Below, piece by piece: positions 61,039-64,000 of a stretch of 64,000 bases of DNA (position 1 is the first letter of the stretch; the number at the start of each line of letters is the position of its first letter). The DNA comes from an uncultured Calditrichaceae bacterium (lineage in GTDB: Bacteria > Calditrichota > Calditrichia > RBG-13-44-9), in NCBI GenBank assembly GCA_964617285.1, contig CAZTXJ010000001.1:15237-79236 (forward strand). The letters run 5' to 3'. A program made the translations under genes and the position numbers. The notes under the pieces were generated by a model, which worked only from the letters and a program-made list of their open reading frames with translations, did not search any database and was not told where the DNA came from.

Positions 61039-62100
61039 TTATTGTTTATTTGAAGCGGTTTGCAGAGTAAACATAACAGTTAATCCTCCCTGGTTATTGT
61101 TCTCCGCCCAAATTTTACCGCCGTGGGCCTTTACAATTATTTTGCTGATATAAAGTCCAAGTCCATAACCCTTTTGGACTTTAGTTTTTTGTTTTACTCG
61201 ATAATATTTTTCAAAAAGATAGGGCAGATGATATTCCGGAACTCCTTGCCCATTGTCTATTACGCTTATTTTTGAAAGATCCTTTTCGAGAGCCTCTGCT
61301 TTAATTATAATATGTGAGTTCTTCGGTGAGTATTTAATTGAATTTGATAGGATGTTAGTTAGTAATCTTTGGATTTGATAATCATCACCATAAAGTTCGG
61401 GTAGATCGGCTGGGATTTCCCTTTTTATTTGAATATTTTTCTTGTCTGCTTTTACCCAGACATTTAATAAAACAGCATCAATCAGCTTTATTAAATTGAA
61501 TGGCTGTTTTTGAATAATAAAACTATCTTGCTCTTTTTGAAAAACTTCATTCAAGTCTTCCAGGAGATCGAGAGTCGCATCTCCCATCTCCATGGCTTTC
61601 TCAAGAATATTCTTATGTCCATCCGAAATTTGTCCAAAGGTGCCATTAATTAATAATTCCAGATAACCAATTAAGCTATTTAAAGGGGATCTGATATCAT
61701 GCAGGAGCATGCTGGCAAGTTCCGCCTGGGCCTTGTCCCGATTTAAAACAATGGAAGCGTTTTTAAGGAGAGCCGATAAAGTAGAATCTTCTAATTTTGA
61801 CTCAAAATTAAAGGTCAAATATGGATTTTCAATCTGGGTTGGTATACTTTTGCCAATATTAATGATGAACATCTGAATTTTATTGAGCTTCAGGTAGGAA
61901 ATAAATGTTGAATACGGAAAGGTACCATCTACATTATCAATTACATAGCAATCGTACATTTCTTCGGAAATTTTCTTAGTCCATCCGTCTGACGTAATAA
62001 GCGATGAAGTAACAAAATTAGCTGCATTTAGTTTATCACTAAATTCCGAAATAAATGTATGATTATCGCTCAAAATTGCTGCACTATTTTTTCGTAGCAT
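61039..62100 (-). CDS. Cytoplasmic sensor histidine kinase (HisKA plus HATPase)
   Basis: H-box LHDIRSPL and N/G boxes. No TM. Confidence 0.75.
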   Translation of the reverse strand: MLRKNSAAILSDNHTFISEFSDKLNAANFVTSSLITSDGWTKKISEEMYDCYVIDNVDGTFPYSTFISYLKLNKIQMFIINIGKSIPTQIENPYLTFNFESKLEDSTLSALLKNASIVLNRDKAQAELASMLLHDIRSPLNSLIGYLELLINGTFGQISDGHKNILEKAMEMGDATLDLLEDLNEVFQKEQDSFIIQKQPFNLIKLIDAVLLNVWVKADKKNIQIKREIPADLPELYGDDYQIQRLLTNILSNSIKYSPKNSHIIIKAEALEKDLSKISVIDNGQGVPEYHLPYLFEKYYRVKQKTKVQKGYGLGLYISKIIVKAHGGKIWAENNNQGGLTVMFTLQTASNKQ

Positions 62101-62115
62101 GAACTAAAATCCCGC

Positions 62116-62904
62116 TCATTTGCCTTTAAAAACAGGTTTTCTCTTTTCTAAAAAGGCTGAAGTTCCCTCTTTCATATCCTCAGTACCACAGAGGTTTCCA
62201 AACAATTCTGCTTCAAGATTAAGACCAGCATCTAAATTCATATCCTGTCCATCAGTTACTGACTGTAGAATATATTTTATTGCGATCGGTGCTTTGCCTG
62301 CAAGATTTTGGGCAAGTTCAGATACTCTTTCCTCTAATTTCTCATCGGGAACAATCTCATTAACCAATCCGAATTCATAGGCGGTTTTGGCATCAATATT
62401 TTCTCCAAAGAGTAAAAGGTGCAAAGCTCTGGTCCGCCCGATTAATCTGGGTAATCTTTGTGTACCACCATATCCCGGGATTATACCAAGATTTATTTCT
62501 GGCTGTCCGAATTTGGCCTTTTCCGATGCTATTCTTAGATGACAGGCCATCGCCAACTCGCATCCTCCACCCAGAGTATATCCCCCAATTGCAGCAATAA
62601 CCGGTTTATTCATCTTCTCGATGTACCTGTACACTTTTTGACCGCGCAGGGCAAAAATGCGACCGGAAATATCATCGTGTCGGTTAATTTCGTTGATATC
62701 AGCACCAGCGACAAATGCCTTTTCTCCACTACCCCTTATTACGATTACCAGGACATCATCATTTTGCTTAAGACTCTTAAAGACCTGATATAATTCCGTG
62801 ATAGTTTCAGCGTTCAGGGCATTTAATTTTTCGGGACGGTTAATTGTTACATAAGCAACACGTTTTTCAATATCCATTTTAATGTTGGAAAGTTTCATAA
62901 TCAT
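62116..62904 (-). CDS. Enoyl-CoA hydratase/isomerase (crotonase) family
   Basis: VAYVTINRPEKLNAL and the crotonase GGGCELAM pattern. Confidence 0.8.
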   Translation of the reverse strand: MIMKLSNIKMDIEKRVAYVTINRPEKLNALNAETITELYQVFKSLKQNDDVLVIVIRGSGEKAFVAGADINEINRHDDISGRIFALRGQKVYRYIEKMNKPVIAAIGGYTLGGGCELAMACHLRIASEKAKFGQPEINLGIIPGYGGTQRLPRLIGRTRALHLLLFGENIDAKTAYEFGLVNEIVPDEKLEERVSELAQNLAGKAPIAIKYILQSVTDGQDMNLDAGLNLEAELFGNLCGTEDMKEGTSAFLEKRKPVFKGK

Positions 62905-62915
62905 CCCCTCATTTA

Positions 62916-63995
62916 TTATACAAGTTCAACTAAACTTTGATTTCCCAAAATAAAGCGGTGGGTATTCGGAATTCCCCGGGCTTTGATAATTTCCACAGAT
63001 GATCCGAGTATGCTGCTTTCAATACGAATTCCAACTTCATTAATAACGCAGTTATCCATGATAATACTGAACTCAATTTCACTGTGTCGTACTTTACTGT
63101 TATTATTTATAGCAGTATACGGACCGATATAACTGTTTTCGATAATACAATTTTCGCCGATTATCACTGGGCCTCTAATATGGCTTTTTATTATTTTCGT
63201 TTTCTGGCCCAATATTACTGTTCCCGCCAAAAGCGAATGCTTGTCTACACTCCCCTCAACCTCCCCGGATAAATTGGACAATACCAGCCGATTAGCTTCC
63301 AGTAAATCTTCCGGTTTACCAGTATCCTTCCACCATCCGGTAATTTCAGAGTAGGTAATTTTATATCCATGATCGAGGAGATACTGATGGGCATCAGAAA
63401 TTTCCAATTCCCCTCTGCGGCTAGGTTGGATGGAATTTACTGCTTCAAAAATGGTTTTATCATATAGGTAAATTCCGGCCACCGCATATTTGCTCTTAGG
63501 TACTTTAGGTTTTTCCTCAACTTTTATAATCTGATTCCCTTTTAGCTCAGGTACTCCAAATCTTGAGGGATCCGGGACTTTTGCCAAAGTAAGGTGGCAA
63601 TTGCATCCATCTGAATCAAATCTGTCAATGAACCTTTTAATGCCTCCCACAACCATGTTATCCCCTAAATAGAAAATGAATGGATCGCTCCCAATAAATT
63701 TTTCAGATATTTTTACTACATGCGCCAGGCCTAAGGGAGATTCCTGCGGTATGTACTGAATTTTAACACCCCAGGTTTTTCCATTTCCTATTGCCCGAGG
63801 TACATCTTCACTGTCTGCGTTAATGATGATACCAATATCTTTAATGCCTGCTTCAGCGACAGCCTCAATTGCGTAATGTAAAATGGGTTTATTGGCAACC
63901 GGGATAAGATGTTTGTTTTGGGTATGGGTGATAGGTCTGAGTCTTGTTCCTTTACCGCCGCTGGTAATCAACGCTTTCAAATAGTTCTCCTCCAA
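62916..63995 (-). CDS. Sugar-1-phosphate nucleotidyltransferase with C-terminal left-handed beta-helix (archaeal-type RmlA/GlmU-like)
   Basis: GGKGTRLRPITHTQNKHLIPV N-terminus, then a hexapeptide-repeat tail. Confidence 0.7.
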   Translation of the reverse strand: MEENYLKALITSGGKGTRLRPITHTQNKHLIPVANKPILHYAIEAVAEAGIKDIGIIINADSEDVPRAIGNGKTWGVKIQYIPQESPLGLAHVVKISEKFIGSDPFIFYLGDNMVVGGIKRFIDRFDSDGCNCHLTLAKVPDPSRFGVPELKGNQIIKVEEKPKVPKSKYAVAGIYLYDKTIFEAVNSIQPSRRGELEISDAHQYLLDHGYKITYSEITGWWKDTGKPEDLLEANRLVLSNLSGEVEGSVDKHSLLAGTVILGQKTKIIKSHIRGPVIIGENCIIENSYIGPYTAINNNSKVRHSEIEFSIIMDNCVINEVGIRIESSILGSSVEIIKARGIPNTHRFILGNQSLVELV

Positions 63996-64000
63996 TTAAG

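Overview
This 64 kb window is from a Gram-negative-type bacterium; all calls below are made by eye from the sequence, with no database searches run. It carries KDO/LPS-export genes and a type Vd-like patatin-Omp85 fusion. Most of the window is core metabolism: kdsB-pyrG-kdsA-kdsC-kdsD-lptC-lptA-lptB, a PPi-type phosphofructokinase, proS, speE-speB, several peptidases and sugar-nucleotide enzymes. Two accessory redox islands stand out.

The first (about 17.1-24.2 kb) is a nitrosative-stress-type neighbourhood. It runs Rrf2 regulator, NapH-like polyferredoxin, a DUF438/hemerythrin/PAS protein, a DUF1858/DUF2249 protein, a methyltransferase and a hemerythrin. It ends in a NorB-like haem-copper nitric oxide reductase (NOR) subunit paired with an unusual dihaem cytochrome c. 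Palindromic candidate operators are repeated before the Rrf2 gene and before the next gene.

The second (about 25.5-45.7 kb) is a minus-strand hdrCBA-mvhDGA-hydrogenase protease operon. Its HdrA carries an inserted complete GltD/NfnB-like NAD(P)H module. A candidate sigma-54 promoter precedes it, and two NtrC-type two-component systems flank it; one of these has a periplasmic sensor domain with c-type haem motifs. A bacterial archaemetzincin follows. Next to it is an unusual operon pairing a HybA/HybB (NrfC/NrfD)-like membrane quinone module with three paralogous GcvH-like (lipoyl-carrier-fold) proteins. That operon is the best candidate here for an undescribed system.

No CRISPR array, rRNA/tRNA gene or obvious mobile element was seen.
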